Part shown: one piece after another, positions 14,815-25,443 of the stretch
Layout of the letters: the number at the start of each line of letters is the position of its first letter
Position numbering within the stretch: the first letter of the stretch is position 1
From: Blasia pusilla
Taxonomy: Eukaryota
Length of the DNA: 64,000 bases
Direction: 5' to 3'
Assembly (NCBI GenBank): GCA_050084515.1
Contig: CM114271.1
Span: 35,960,001-36,024,000, forward strand
Made by a program: the position numbers and the translations under genes
Notes under the pieces: model-generated
Told to the model about the DNA's origin: nothing
Seen by the model: the letters and a program-made list of their open reading frames with translations, nothing else
Database searches by the model: none

Positions 14815-15000
14815 GGCAATTGAGCAGCAAGAAAATGTTTCCCATCTTACGGGCAGCAAGAAAAAAATTTGAATTTGTGTGCAGCATCATTAATTCCTTC
14901 CCTTCACGGCAATTGGGCAGCAAGAAAATGTTTCACATCTTACGGGCAACAAGAAAAAAATTTGAATTTGTGTGCAACATCATTAGTCCCTTCCCTTCAC
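14815..15000. repeat. Tandem duplication, 2 x 93 bp
   Basis: GGCAATTG(A/G)GCAGCAAGAAAATG...CCTTCCCTTCAC at 14815-14907 and 14908-15000; it explains the repeated peptide in ORF 14805-15290. Confidence 0.9.
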
Positions 15001-16949
15001 AGACTATACAATCACAAAAATTCTTCAAATCTTTTATTTATTTATTTCTTGTGCATCACACAGGCACCTTACTAGTTTTATTAAGTGTCACTTATGCTGT
15101 TTTCGAGGTTGGTAAAGTTAACCATTTAGTATGGCAGGTAGGTATTCTAATGTATCCGTTGATTGTACTAGTGAGAATGTCCGTGCGTTGCACCGACATC
15201 AAAATTTACCATAATAAATACACAAAGGCTTCTCCTTGTGTGAAAGATGAGGCTCTGCCCATATGCCCCGGCCCACCCAGACCTAGCTGAGTGCGTTCAC
15301 ACCCTGCCTATCTTTTGCGCATGCGCATGACGCAGTTGCTCCTTTTTGATATGTCCGTCTCTCGACCATCTTAGAGATGAGCCAAGACTTTATTGGCGGG
15401 GGATAGATTACCTCCCTCTTGTCGTCCGTAAAGAGAAATATAAAATATGTATACAAAGGATGGGGAACCCATCACGATACAAATGAGGGGGCAAGGAGAG
15501 CCAAAAAGGAAGACCTCAAGAGGCCAGAATCGGCCCCAAGCAGAAAGAAGGGGGCCTTCCCCCTTAACGACCAGAATCACCAACAGCAGATACAGTATCA
15601 ACAACATCTACAGAACTATGATTACTACTAAGTGGGCCTCTAGCATTAGCCTCTCCAACCGCCTTAGCCCGCCGCAGAAGCCCATCTGCTTGGGCGCGCT
15701 GCAAAAGAGATGCGGGGAGAGGTGGAAATAAGCGCAGCGCCTATCATTGGCACGACTATTTTCATATGATGTAGGTACCATGATCCAATGTCGCTCCCCA
15801 CACTCCCAAATCACCAAGTGTTAGTTCAACATGCGGAGACGTGGGTGGAGTCAGTTGTTAGAAGGGTGAGGTGATGATGTCCAATGTCGCACTGCCATAA
15901 AGGAGAGGAAATACACTAGTGCAGGAAGCATTGTCGGCAAAGGTGAAGAACTCATAGTTTGATCGTACCAAGCAGCGGGTGGAATTGATCTTCCACGGTG
16001 CTCACACATAACTCGACATGAGGACTCGCACAGTCCTGCGGCCGGTGCACTTTGATACAATTGTGACGTGGATTTGCTAACCGGTATCCGGACTTGAGCA
16101 ATCTCACCCTTCAAGATGTACATGTGTCCGCATGACTCTAGATTGAGAGCCCGATACAATCATCGTGGGAACAGTCGCCTTGAGGTTGCCGGGCTCTAGA
16201 CGAAGAACGAGAGAGAGAGAGAGAAGCAATCCTAAATGCGCCGGGTAAGGGAAGGGGGCGTAATACTCGAACTAGGAGCCGAGATCGTGGGTTCAAAAAC
16301 TCTGGCCGTTGTGTCCCATCAGAGGAGAGAACAATTGGCAATTAGGCGCATATGATTGAACAGCATTGCCGATAGAGCCGAGTGAAAACTTGTGAATGCC
16401 AGGTTAATTAGCCCTTCTTCCAACCGGAAACGACACTAAATTGCTGCAGAACCTTGGGGGCCTCTAGGTCGACATCCGATTCACAGGGAGATTCGAATTC
16501 ACAATAATGAGCGTGACGGGGCTATAGTGCTGAACAATCACTTCCCATTTTCGAATCTGAGACGCTTGAACTGAACCCACTCCCCTGCACAAGGCCCTCA
16601 CGAAGAAGAAGGAAAGGGAAGAAAGCGTAGGGACGGGAACAAAGACTCATGCTCGAATCTAACGCAAACGTTGCAGCAAAATAATTGCAGCGAGGATTGT
16701 AAAACACCCGGGAATTACCAGATAGTCCTTCCCGGCCTGGGGCTGCGATTAGAATTTACTTGCCTCCCTCCTCGGCTAGAGTAGCTGATATCACAACTCT
16801 TCTCCACCTCCACTCGCTGTGACTCCAGTCATTTCCAGCCCCTCCTTTCACTCCACCTCCAATGTTGGAATAGTAGCTCTGCTCCTAGTAGATTTATCAG
16901 CTCGAAGGCGAACAGGTGTGTGGCTGGCTCGAGACGACCTGATTTAGCA

Positions 16950-17145
16950 CAGGCACGTGTCTCTACACCGAGCACCAAAATCAAATCAAATCACACATCT
17001 ATACTACCAACCAATCAAAGAGGGAACGAGTCAGCAAATTAGCCACCTAGCAAATAAGCCACGAACAAGCCAAAAGTGGAATGCCTTAAAATGGCTGAAT
17101 TTTACGTGAGGCTTCACTTTACGTGAGGCTTCACTTCTTATAGTA
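16950..17145. promoter_or_regulatory. Putative (possibly bidirectional) promoter with G-box, CCAAT and duplicated ACGTG elements
   Basis: CACGTG at 16954-16959, CCAAT at 17011, 17-bp direct repeat TTTACGTGAGGCTTCAC x2 at 17101-17134 followed by TTATAG; lies between two stretches of non-TE, gene-like sequence. Confidence 0.3.
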
Positions 17146-17505
17146 ACCCCCCATATCTCAGTAATAGAATAGATTTCCGATGCGGGCGATACACGAGAAC
17201 CCTAGTCGGACGGTGTTATGCAGGAAACCTTCGTCCCATCGGCGGAAGATTACATTTGTTTGCATTTTTTCGGGGCCCGGCATCGACGGCATTGCTAGGC
17301 GAGGTGCTTATTTTTGTACTAAAATCGCGTTCCAGCTGCGCGCGAATCGCGGCTTGCGTGAATGATCTGGTTTCATCTCCTGGAAATATGGCAAGTGCCA
17401 CAGGTTTCGGTATTTGGAGTAAAGAAGAGTGGCGACCAACAGGAAAGGCCGAAATATGCGATCACTGATGTTGGGGAGCAAGTGAAGTGTTGCAAAGTCG
17501 GCTGC

Positions 17506-17820
17506 TCTGCGGGCCCCTGTTTTGGCTGTGCTTTGATTTCGTCCTCCGTGTTTGGAGATGTAAACTTTTAAAGCCCCAGCGCTGGTAGTAATTTGAAGTG
17601 GGTCAGAATCAGCCTGTTGCCCTGCCTGAGTCTGAACAGTCGGAGAGAGATGTTGTTTTTATTCGGTTGTCAAATTAATGTCGTTGAATGATTTCGTCGG
17701 TCGGAGAATTGCTTGCATTTTATAATCCATGGTTTGGTGTTTGTTCATGGATCTTCCTAGAGTCTTACAACCTAGTTCATAGAATCCAAAACGTAATGAA
17801 CTCCGAGTTTGGTTCGGGAC
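17506..17820. repeat. Copy 1 of a duplicated ~315 bp non-coding structured module
   Basis: Aligns by eye along its whole length with 18188-18504 (roughly 80% identity); stems are preserved by compensatory changes. Confidence 0.85.
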
Positions 17821-18187
17821 ACTCTGACGATCGCTTTCTAGCTGTCACCATCGCGGGGAAGTCCAGAGCCTTTGAAGCGTTCTCACATATTACCTTTTTG
17901 GGTGTACTCACCAAATCATGGGGACTATTCCGCTTCGTTTCTCCCACTGATGTGTGAAAAGAGAGTCTCAAGCGTTTTGTGAGAGCTCCAAGCATCACGA
18001 GTCTGCCAGAACTTTAGTTTTCCTTCTGAAGGAAAAATCCATAGTGATGTGAGGTTACCGTTTGACTATAGAGGGAATTTGAGGGAAATACAGGACATGA
18101 TTAAAAGAAGATGGGGAAACCCATCGGAAGTTCAAGGATGTAGGACTCAGAGAGGCGGGGAGGGTATTGTGCTGCTGAGACTGTGTA

Positions 18188-18504
18188 TCTGCTGGTCCGT
18201 GTTCTGGCTCTGCTTGTGATTTCGTCCTCCGTGGTTGGAAATGTAAACTTTATTCACGGCCGAGCGCTGGTAGTCATTTGATGTGGGTCGGAATCAGCCT
18301 GCTGCCTTGCCTGAGTCCGATCAGTTGGAGAGACCTGTTTTTGTCGGTTGTCAAATTGATGTCGTTGAATGTTTTCGTCGGTTGGGAAATAATTGCTTGC
18401 ATTTCATAATCCATGGTTGGGTGGGTTTGCGTGGTTCTGCCTAGAGTCTTTCATCCTAGTCCATAGAATCCTAAACGTAATGTGCACCGAATTTGGTTCG
18501 TGAC
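18188..18504. repeat. Copy 2 of the duplicated ~315 bp non-coding structured module
   Basis: Direct paralog of 17506-17820. Confidence 0.85.
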
Positions 18505-20234
18505 GTTTCTTGTGAGTTGTCCACGAAGGGAAGGGTGACATTTGTGTACCTTCTTTCCGTATTGTCAACCATCGTTTTCATTTGCATTAAGCGTATTTAA
18601 ACTCACTGGCCATCACAATGCTGGCCAAAACAGACGACGAAATTGTCTTCACCCGTCATTTACCTCCACGTAAAGTTGGAACTTGTCTGGTGTACAGGGG
18701 GTCGACTAATACAAAAAAATCATCCTCTGTGAGCAGTATACATTTTTCTGGAGGGAGATGGAGGTAGGAAAGTCGTTCGTTCCCGGAACGCGTAGCACTT
18801 TTTTCGTCATCACAAGGCTAAGATGAAGTAAGGTATTTTTGCTGCCTTTGGCTACTAGAAAAATTGTAGGGACATAGGCGAAGGTCACATACGTGCGGGT
18901 GTGCAACTCCTGTTCTTGCCGCTGATGAGGTTGGAAAGACTTACTTTCATACGATTTCCTATGGGACGTGAATTGGACGCACTCTGCTACCACCTTATGA
19001 GGTCGATCACTTTGGCTTGTCCTTAAACTGTTGAGATGAACTGCAATCCAAAGGTATGGCTGTGACGAAATGATCGAGGGATTTTCAAGTGAATCTGCAG
19101 AAACTTCGAGACTCTAGGGAGGTGGTTATGATGATCTCTGAACTTAACACGAATTGTATGTACGTGTTCTCTGGTACCGGCGGTGCCGATCACACTGGAA
19201 GTTGAAGGTCATGAACAGTTTTCGATAATGGCAACTTCAACGGGGCCGTCAACATTCGAGATGAGCATCGAAAGATGAAGATCCATGCCCCTCCATTGAG
19301 TCTGACAGAGCAGGGTTTCAGACAAATAAGAATGAGTAACCCGCTATTCAGGCGATTTTTAGGGCAACTTCATTTTGTTCATGAGGATTCAGGGTCAGGA
19401 TCAATTGGATTCGTTCCTTGCAGCACGCGTTCGGCGCATGAACATGGAGAAACATTAACAAACGCGAAGGTCTTCACAAGTTAGTTTTGGCCACGAGAGC
19501 GTGCCTGAGGACGCGAAAACGTCTGTGGTGATGGCTCTAGAAGCCCATGATGCTTTCTTGGACGAAGTTAAACAATTTCTCAGTATCGTGAATGAACAAG
19601 AGAGAGCCTTCACGAGCTCGTTCAGTCTGCACGAGCTCTTGAAAGAGTGAGAAGAACTAGGTGAAGTCAAAGGCGTCGTTTGGTACTGGTAACCAACTAG
19701 GTGTAGCTATCCACTTTGTAGAGCTTCGGCAAAAATCAACCCGAGCGAAGGTGGAGGCACGGAGGGAGCGTTCATTCCAGATCTACACTTTACAAATCAT
19801 TGTGTCAGCACACGGACAATTATTACAGCTGAAGATCATTTCATCGCCCCGCGGTGATGGTTGGATTTCATGTGCTCGCCGCATTCATGATCTGTAGCTC
19901 TTTCAAGGAAGACCACCAGCCAAGTTCCGAATCAGGCAACCAGCCGATGCAGTGACATTGCAGTCTAGGATTGGGCTGCGCAGATACAGTTATGGTGTCT
20001 GTATTCTAAATTGTGCTGCCCTAAACCTTCCTGAATGATGATAAACCGCAATCTAATCTAAAATCTATGACTGTCCAAAGTGAGCCTGGATTGATGCGAA
20101 CAGTCGCGAACGTTTCCATGGCTGGAGTACCATGTTTCCTGTTTGTAAGGAACCATGTGCGAGCCATAGGTCGACTTGCGAGGGCGGCATATCGTATAGA
20201 GTCTTGTGGATCGTAGTTCGATTTGTACCAAATT

Positions 20235-20296
20235 CTAGTCTCGGGAGGTGGGATTCTGCCGCTTCCATGTCCCAGAATCCCACCTCCCGAGACTAG
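20235..20296. repeat. Perfect 24-bp inverted repeat, 14-nt loop
   Basis: CTAGTCTCGGGAGGTGGGATTCTG (20235-20258) / CAGAATCCCACCTCCCGAGACTAG (20273-20296). Confidence 0.95.
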
Positions 20297-20853
20297 TCGA
20301 GGTACGGAAACTTAGTCGGACAATCCCAGCGTAAACAAGAATATGTTACTGCCTTACACCAGCAGCATTCCCGAGTGGGCATCTGCTATCTCTGGCGAGC
20401 TGACTTAATTCAGCACAGCGATGTATGGCGGGTCTTCTTCCCTGTCCAGACCGACCGTGAGTGCCGATGAACCTAGAAAACACCCCGCAGTTCTAGACAC
20501 GAAAGAAGCTCTTGCTTTGGGGCGGTTCCAAACTTCCCGAATATGGAGCAGCAGGGTGGCCATCCATGAACGACGCTGCGGGTACGCGGTCAGCGGCTAC
20601 AGGACCAGGCTAACGGCAGCAGTGCCCCACAATTATCCACCCAACGAGGTCCGTAGGTATTCCCGGTTCGTTGATCGTCCACGTCCAACTGGGAAGTCGG
20701 AGGCGAGGTCTTGTCTGTCCGTGTACTTTGTGGGATAGTGAAAGAGGAGAGAGCAGTGTATAGCAGTAGCAGATGTGTCTTATCCTCTCTCGCGACTTCG
20801 CCACTCTCGTCGAGGATTAAACGCTTATCCCAAGTGTGTTGGCACAAGCGGCC

Positions 20854-21720
20854 ATGGCGACTACCTCCTGGCCCGAGAGGCTTGCCACTCAACCGCTCGG
20901 ACTTTCGTCCTCATCGCTTAGCAGGAAATCGTCATCGGCGGATGCCAAGCGCGTGTTCTGTGCCCCTGCAGCGCGAGAATTCAAGAATGCCAGTTCTGTT
21001 GTGAGAGCCAGTTTGGCGAAGGATGCTGGCAGAGTCGCAGCGTCGGGACTAGCAGCATTTGGGTTGTCCGCGTTGTTGCAATTCTCGCCTATTTCGGCTC
21101 CCCCTGCCAATGCCAACGAGTCGACTATCTTGCAATTCGGGCCTCCGAAGGAAGGATATGTGTTAGATGATGCGAGCGTGTTGAACCGTGTCACGAAGTC
21201 AGAGCTGAAGAGTCTCTTAAAGGAAGCAGAGGAAAAAGATGGTTACCACATTAACATGATCACCCTGCGCAAGCTGACCTCTAAAGCTGATGCCTTCGAA
21301 TTTGCCGACCAGGTGTTGGAGAAGTGGTACCCGACGATCGAAGAAGGCGACAAGAAGGGTATTGTGCTGCTTGTGACCACCCAGAAGGAAGGAGCAGTCA
21401 CCGGTGGACCTGCATTTGTGAAAGCTGTGGGTGACGAAGTACTGGAAGCCGTGACCGCTGAAAATCTGCCGGTTCTGGCCGTGGATGAGAAGTACAACGA
21501 GGCTTTCAGCAGCACTGCGAAGCGACTGATCGACGCCATTAGAGGTCTACCCGATGCTGGTGGTCCGAAATTCCAAGAGACCAAGAGGGAGTCAAACTTC
21601 AAAACGAAAGAGGAAACCGCTGAGAAGCGGGGACAGTTCTCACTTGTCGTCGGAGGCCTTTTGGTGATCGCATTTGTGGTTCCCATGGCCCAATACTATG
21701 CGTATGTCTCCAAGAAGTGA
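20854..21720 (+). CDS. TLP18.3: Thylakoid lumen TPM-domain protein (TLP18.3/Psb32, UPF0603 At1g54780-like), 288 aa, single exon
   Basis: First ATG at 20854 (GCCATGG). Ser/Ala/Arg-rich transit peptide, then a hydrophobic lumen signal ending A-N-A. TPM domain VLDDASVLNRVTK...RKLTSKADAFEFADQVLEKWYP...GIVLLVTTQKEGAVTGGP; conserved RESNFKTKEET; C-terminal TM helix VVGGLLVIAFVVPMAQYYAY. Confidence 0.95.
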   Translation: MATTSWPERLATQPLGLSSSSLSRKSSSADAKRVFCAPAAREFKNASSVVRASLAKDAGRVAASGLAAFGLSALLQFSPISAPPANANESTILQFGPPKEGYVLDDASVLNRVTKSELKSLLKEAEEKDGYHINMITLRKLTSKADAFEFADQVLEKWYPTIEEGDKKGIVLLVTTQKEGAVTGGPAFVKAVGDEVLEAVTAENLPVLAVDEKYNEAFSSTAKRLIDAIRGLPDAGGPKFQETKRESNFKTKEETAEKRGQFSLVVGGLLVIAFVVPMAQYYAYVSKK

Positions 21721-22218
21721 AGGAATGATGTAAAGTTTTCGTCATGTAATTGATGCTGTATTTTTGACGCAAAAACTCTGCTCTGTGTTTTGTAGAAGGT
21801 TTAATCCTTTATGTACCATTTTCTCCAATTAGCTTGTTTGATCCATTCCCCTGGGATTCTTCCCTTTGTACTTGATCTGTCGAATGATCTCATAAATAAG
21901 GAAATCCCTTACCCATCTGCTTCGATTTCCAATTTTCCACTGCCCTTGAATGAATGTGTGTGCTGGCTCCCTCCCCTCCCCTCCCCTCCCCTCCCTTACC
22001 GTTAGGTACCATCAAGGTGCAAGGTGTTTTGGAATTATTGATCCTCTCCAGATTCTCACTTTGGATATACCTCCATTGGTCAAAAGGGGCAGCAGCATTC
22101 CGCTGGGTGAAGATATTTTTATTCCTCTAAGATAACAGTGAATTCAGGTAAAGAAGTAGTGGGTCGATTCTCTTCAACCGTAGTATCCATGATACAACGG
22201 TTGAAGAGGACTTGGACG

Positions 22219-22331
22219 AAAGAACATAGGGATCCGGTACAAGTCTGTAGAATTGTAGACATGGAATTGTAGTCTACGGACGGATTGTTAAGAACAATTC
22301 TACAGACTCGTACCGGATCCCTATGTTCTTT
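22219..22331. repeat. 38-bp inverted repeat (1 mismatch), 37-nt loop
   Basis: AAAGAACATAGGGATCCGGTACAAGTCTGTAGAATTGT (22219-22256) / ACAATTCTACAGACTCGTACCGGATCCCTATGTTCTTT (22294-22331). Confidence 0.95.
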
Positions 22332-23074
22332 ACGTTTCACATGATTAATGAGACATTGTTCCGTTCTCACTTGAACGACGCTTTGTCATTTCATTACTGT
22401 TGCTTCGTCCGCTCTAGGTTCAAATTCTGGTGCTATCGAATGTTTAATCGAAAAGATGCCCTATCAACACTGTAGCACAGCTCTCTGCATCACTCGGGAT
22501 TATAGGCTAAGCTTAGGATCAGTGACTAGTTGCTGCTACCAAGGATTTTGGAATGAAGTTGCTGGCATTGAAGAAATGAGTTACGAACCTCACCATGCTA
22601 TTCATCTTTGTCTTTGCTAGCATGTCCTCTGTTGCGGACCTTTTCGAGTGGATTCAGCTTCCTGGACTCTTTTCTCGCTCTTTTCTGTCACCCTTACCGT
22701 TACTCCAATTCAAAACATTTAGGCTTAGTATTTGACTTACGCATGGTTCCCATCTCGAAGCAACAGTGTATTACAATTCTGCGTGTCTGTCTAGATTTAC
22801 ACGAAGGGATTTGTAGGAAGTGAAGAAGAAGTTGAAAAGAGTTTGCAACAAAACAGGAAGGTTTGGTGGAGATATCACTATCGGTTTCTGCACAGATTTT
22901 CAAGAGTGTGACAGTCCACCAATTCATAAAAGTGTGAGTGTTTCGATGAAATTCAGTTACTTCAGATTGCTCTGTGTAAGTCGGAGTCATTCATTAACGA
23001 AGACTAGGAGTCATCCTTTGCTACAAGATTTGTTTCTGTTACTCGGAGTGATCTATTACTGAAGATTTGTGTCC

Positions 23075-23146
23075 TTGGAATCAGGTTCTTATTCAAAAAT
23101 AGTTTTTTTTTTTTTTTTTTTTTTGGTTTGAAGAACCTGATTCCAA
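23075..23146. repeat. Perfect 16-bp inverted repeat enclosing a T22 tract
   Basis: TTGGAATCAGGTTCTT / AAGAACCTGATTCCAA with poly-T at 23103-23124. Confidence 0.9.
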
Positions 23147-23946
23147 CGAAGTTTTCTATTCTTCAGAAGGGTAGTCGGGTGTTCAACTTCTTAGCATTCC
23201 TGTATTTCTAGGTAAGGAAGAAAGCAACAGTGCTCTTTGATGCTCCATTCTAATATCGTTGTTAGCCATCTTTTTGATCTTATGTCAATGCCCTAAATGC
23301 ACAACACATTTTCGCCAGAATCTACTCGTCAATCTGCGTCGGCCTTGTTCAATCCGATCTGTCATTGTTGCCTCCCTTTGAATCATCAGCCGCATAGAAG
23401 TATTCATGGTGTTTCCGGTCAAAAAACAGGAAGAAGTTGGCCATACTGGCACGCAAGAGAGTGAGTTTGCATGCAGCAAAGGATGACCAATTCAAAGGAG
23501 ATCGTCTGAAGCAGCTTTAACCACATTTCCACTGCTATCGGTTACGAGGGTTTCAACTACGCTTTTTCCTTCAGCTCTCTCCCGGCCCGGAGGGTAAGCC
23601 CGAAACCGGCACATCTCGGGAACTTTGAGCTCCTTTTGGATGTGATCTCGAAGTGTCGACCAGCGGTGGACAAGAGGGAACTCTGACTTTACAATCGAGA
23701 AATTCATTCGTATTCACAGATCTGCATATCGTCGAAAGCGTTACCTCGCCTGGAGTTGGATCCCGGTCTGCACGAACCAAACGAAACGATCCGAGCTGTG
23801 AGAAATCGGATTAGAGAGCGATGGAAACTCAACTTGGTACCCGCTGCGCAGCGACAGGTTTCAAAGTAACAAGACCAAACATCCCACACCTTTGAGGCTT
23901 TTACGGTATTTACTTCAAAGGTTTATGTCGTCTCAATTGCAAGCTC

Positions 23947-24018
23947 GGGCATTTGGTCTAGTGGTATGATTCTCGCTTCGGGTGCGAGAGGCCGGGAGTT
24001 CGATTCTCCCAATGCCCC
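23947..24018 (+). tRNA. trnP-CGG: tRNA-Pro (anticodon CGG), nuclear, intronless
   Basis: Full cloverleaf: acceptor GGGCATT/AATGCCC, anticodon stem CTCGC/GCGAG with CGG at 23979-23981, T arm GGGAG-TTCGATT-CTCCC; A and B boxes intact; upstream CAA at 23940-23942 as in plant tRNA genes. Confidence 0.96.
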
Positions 24019-24610
24019 AGACAGTCAGTCTTTGATCGTGTGTAGGCAGGAGAGGCAAGCACACCTTCCTTTGCACTTGGACCTGGCTATCCCAAATCGA
24101 GATCGGTTGTTTTCTCCCCGGCGGGCACTGATGCAATCCTCCCTTTTCTGAAAGTCAAACCGATAGAAGTAGAACCCTAAATCGATTTAGTATTCTACTT
24201 CTATCGGAGAGAAATTGGTTTAGTTCCACCTTTTTACACATGTCGCCATTTGTCTGACTAGTTCTTTTATGCTTCTCCAGTGCATTGAGCCAAAAGGCCC
24301 CCCTCTGGCCTTCCTCGTGCTTCGCCCTCTTGGTTCTACATATATATATAATTAATGTTCTCATCCTAGCTTCTACAATGGTAGTGCTTTACCCTAGTTG
24401 CTTACAACTAGGAAAAAGCACTATAACGCCTTTCCTTAATGTTCTCCTCTTGTATTTCTAGTCAAAACCTATTTGGTCTTATTATGTGTAGTCCTACACA
24501 TAGTCAGAATACTTGATTTGTCTTATCTGTTAGGTGCCACTAAGATCTATGTTATTTGTAGATGTGTTGTTGCTTTGTCACATGGGAATTTCTTGTTGTT
24601 TCATCCTTCA

Positions 24611-24748
24611 AGATCCGGTGTCACTTGACACATGGATTTGGTGTGACTTGAAGCCGCCAAATCCAGATTCGATGCCATTTGATGCCCACAAATCTGATGG
24701 CACTTGACACATGCAGATTCAATGTCACTTGACACTTGCGGATCTAAT
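24611..24748. repeat. Degenerate ~22-24 bp minisatellite
   Basis: About 6 diverged units of GAT(C/T)xxTGTCACTTGACACATG. Confidence 0.65.
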
Positions 24749-25443
24749 GTTCGTTGATATCTCCGAATCAATTAATATACTAGTTCTACAATAATTCAAA
24801 AAATATTCACAACATCTCCCAAAATATTCTTGAGTCTTGCAAACCAAGCCCATTATTAATTGATGAATGACCCTAACATGGCCATTTAAAGATCTCCAAA
24901 TAAATGGTAGCAACCTTCTCTAGATCTTGCATCCCCAATAATGAAATATCTGTGGGAAATGTCTGATAATATCCATGAATAGTCAGTACCGGTAATAACT
25001 CATGATACTATTGGACCAACCTTGTCATATGACGTAATGAAACTTTTCGTGTAATCGCATCTCTCTTGAAATTCAAATATTATTGGACTTATATGCCCAC
25101 CTAAAACACTACATCCAACATGATACTCATCCCTCCAAAGAGATCTAACACTCTCGTACCCTCTTCTTGACACTATCATATGATGGGTGTGGTATCCAAG
25201 GAGGCCAATGTCACGATTTGAGTAGCATAATTATAACCTGGTTTTTTTCATGCTCTAGAAGAAACTTATGGCTCCAAGCCTGCCTCACAAGATTTTCTAC
25301 GCTTCCCTATTTATCAACACTCATATCCCACAATGATGAAGAGGTAGTAACACCTTGGGAAGAGACACCCACAATGATATGTCTCTCCATATGACTATCA
25401 TCTATAACATGTCAAAGTTTCAATATTTATGTTCCAAAATTTT

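Noticed and set aside
14805-15290. 161-aa ORF with an internal repeat
   Set aside because: Non-ATG start; it results from the 93-bp tandem duplication and has no domain.
15371-15607. 78-aa minus-strand ORF with a signal-peptide-like start (MLLILYLLLVILVV)
   Set aside because: The hydrophobicity is explained by TG-rich UTR-like composition; no recognisable mature peptide motif.
15740-15760. Minus-strand TCGTGCCAAT resembling miR536/miR171
   Set aside because: Only 9-10 nt match and no foldback.
17081-17090. ATGCCTTAAA resembling the 5' end of U12 snRNA
   Set aside because: Similarity stops after 10 nt; no branch-point pairing region or Sm site follows.
24173-24181. AACCCTAAA downstream of tRNA-Pro as a telomerase RNA template
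   Set aside because: It lies beyond two T4 Pol III terminators, no USE/TATA promoter or other TR motifs were seen, and telo-box-like words are common in plant DNA.
24611-24748. Short repeats as a CRISPR-like array
   Set aside because: Units are tandem and degenerate with no unique spacers; eukaryotic context and no cas genes.
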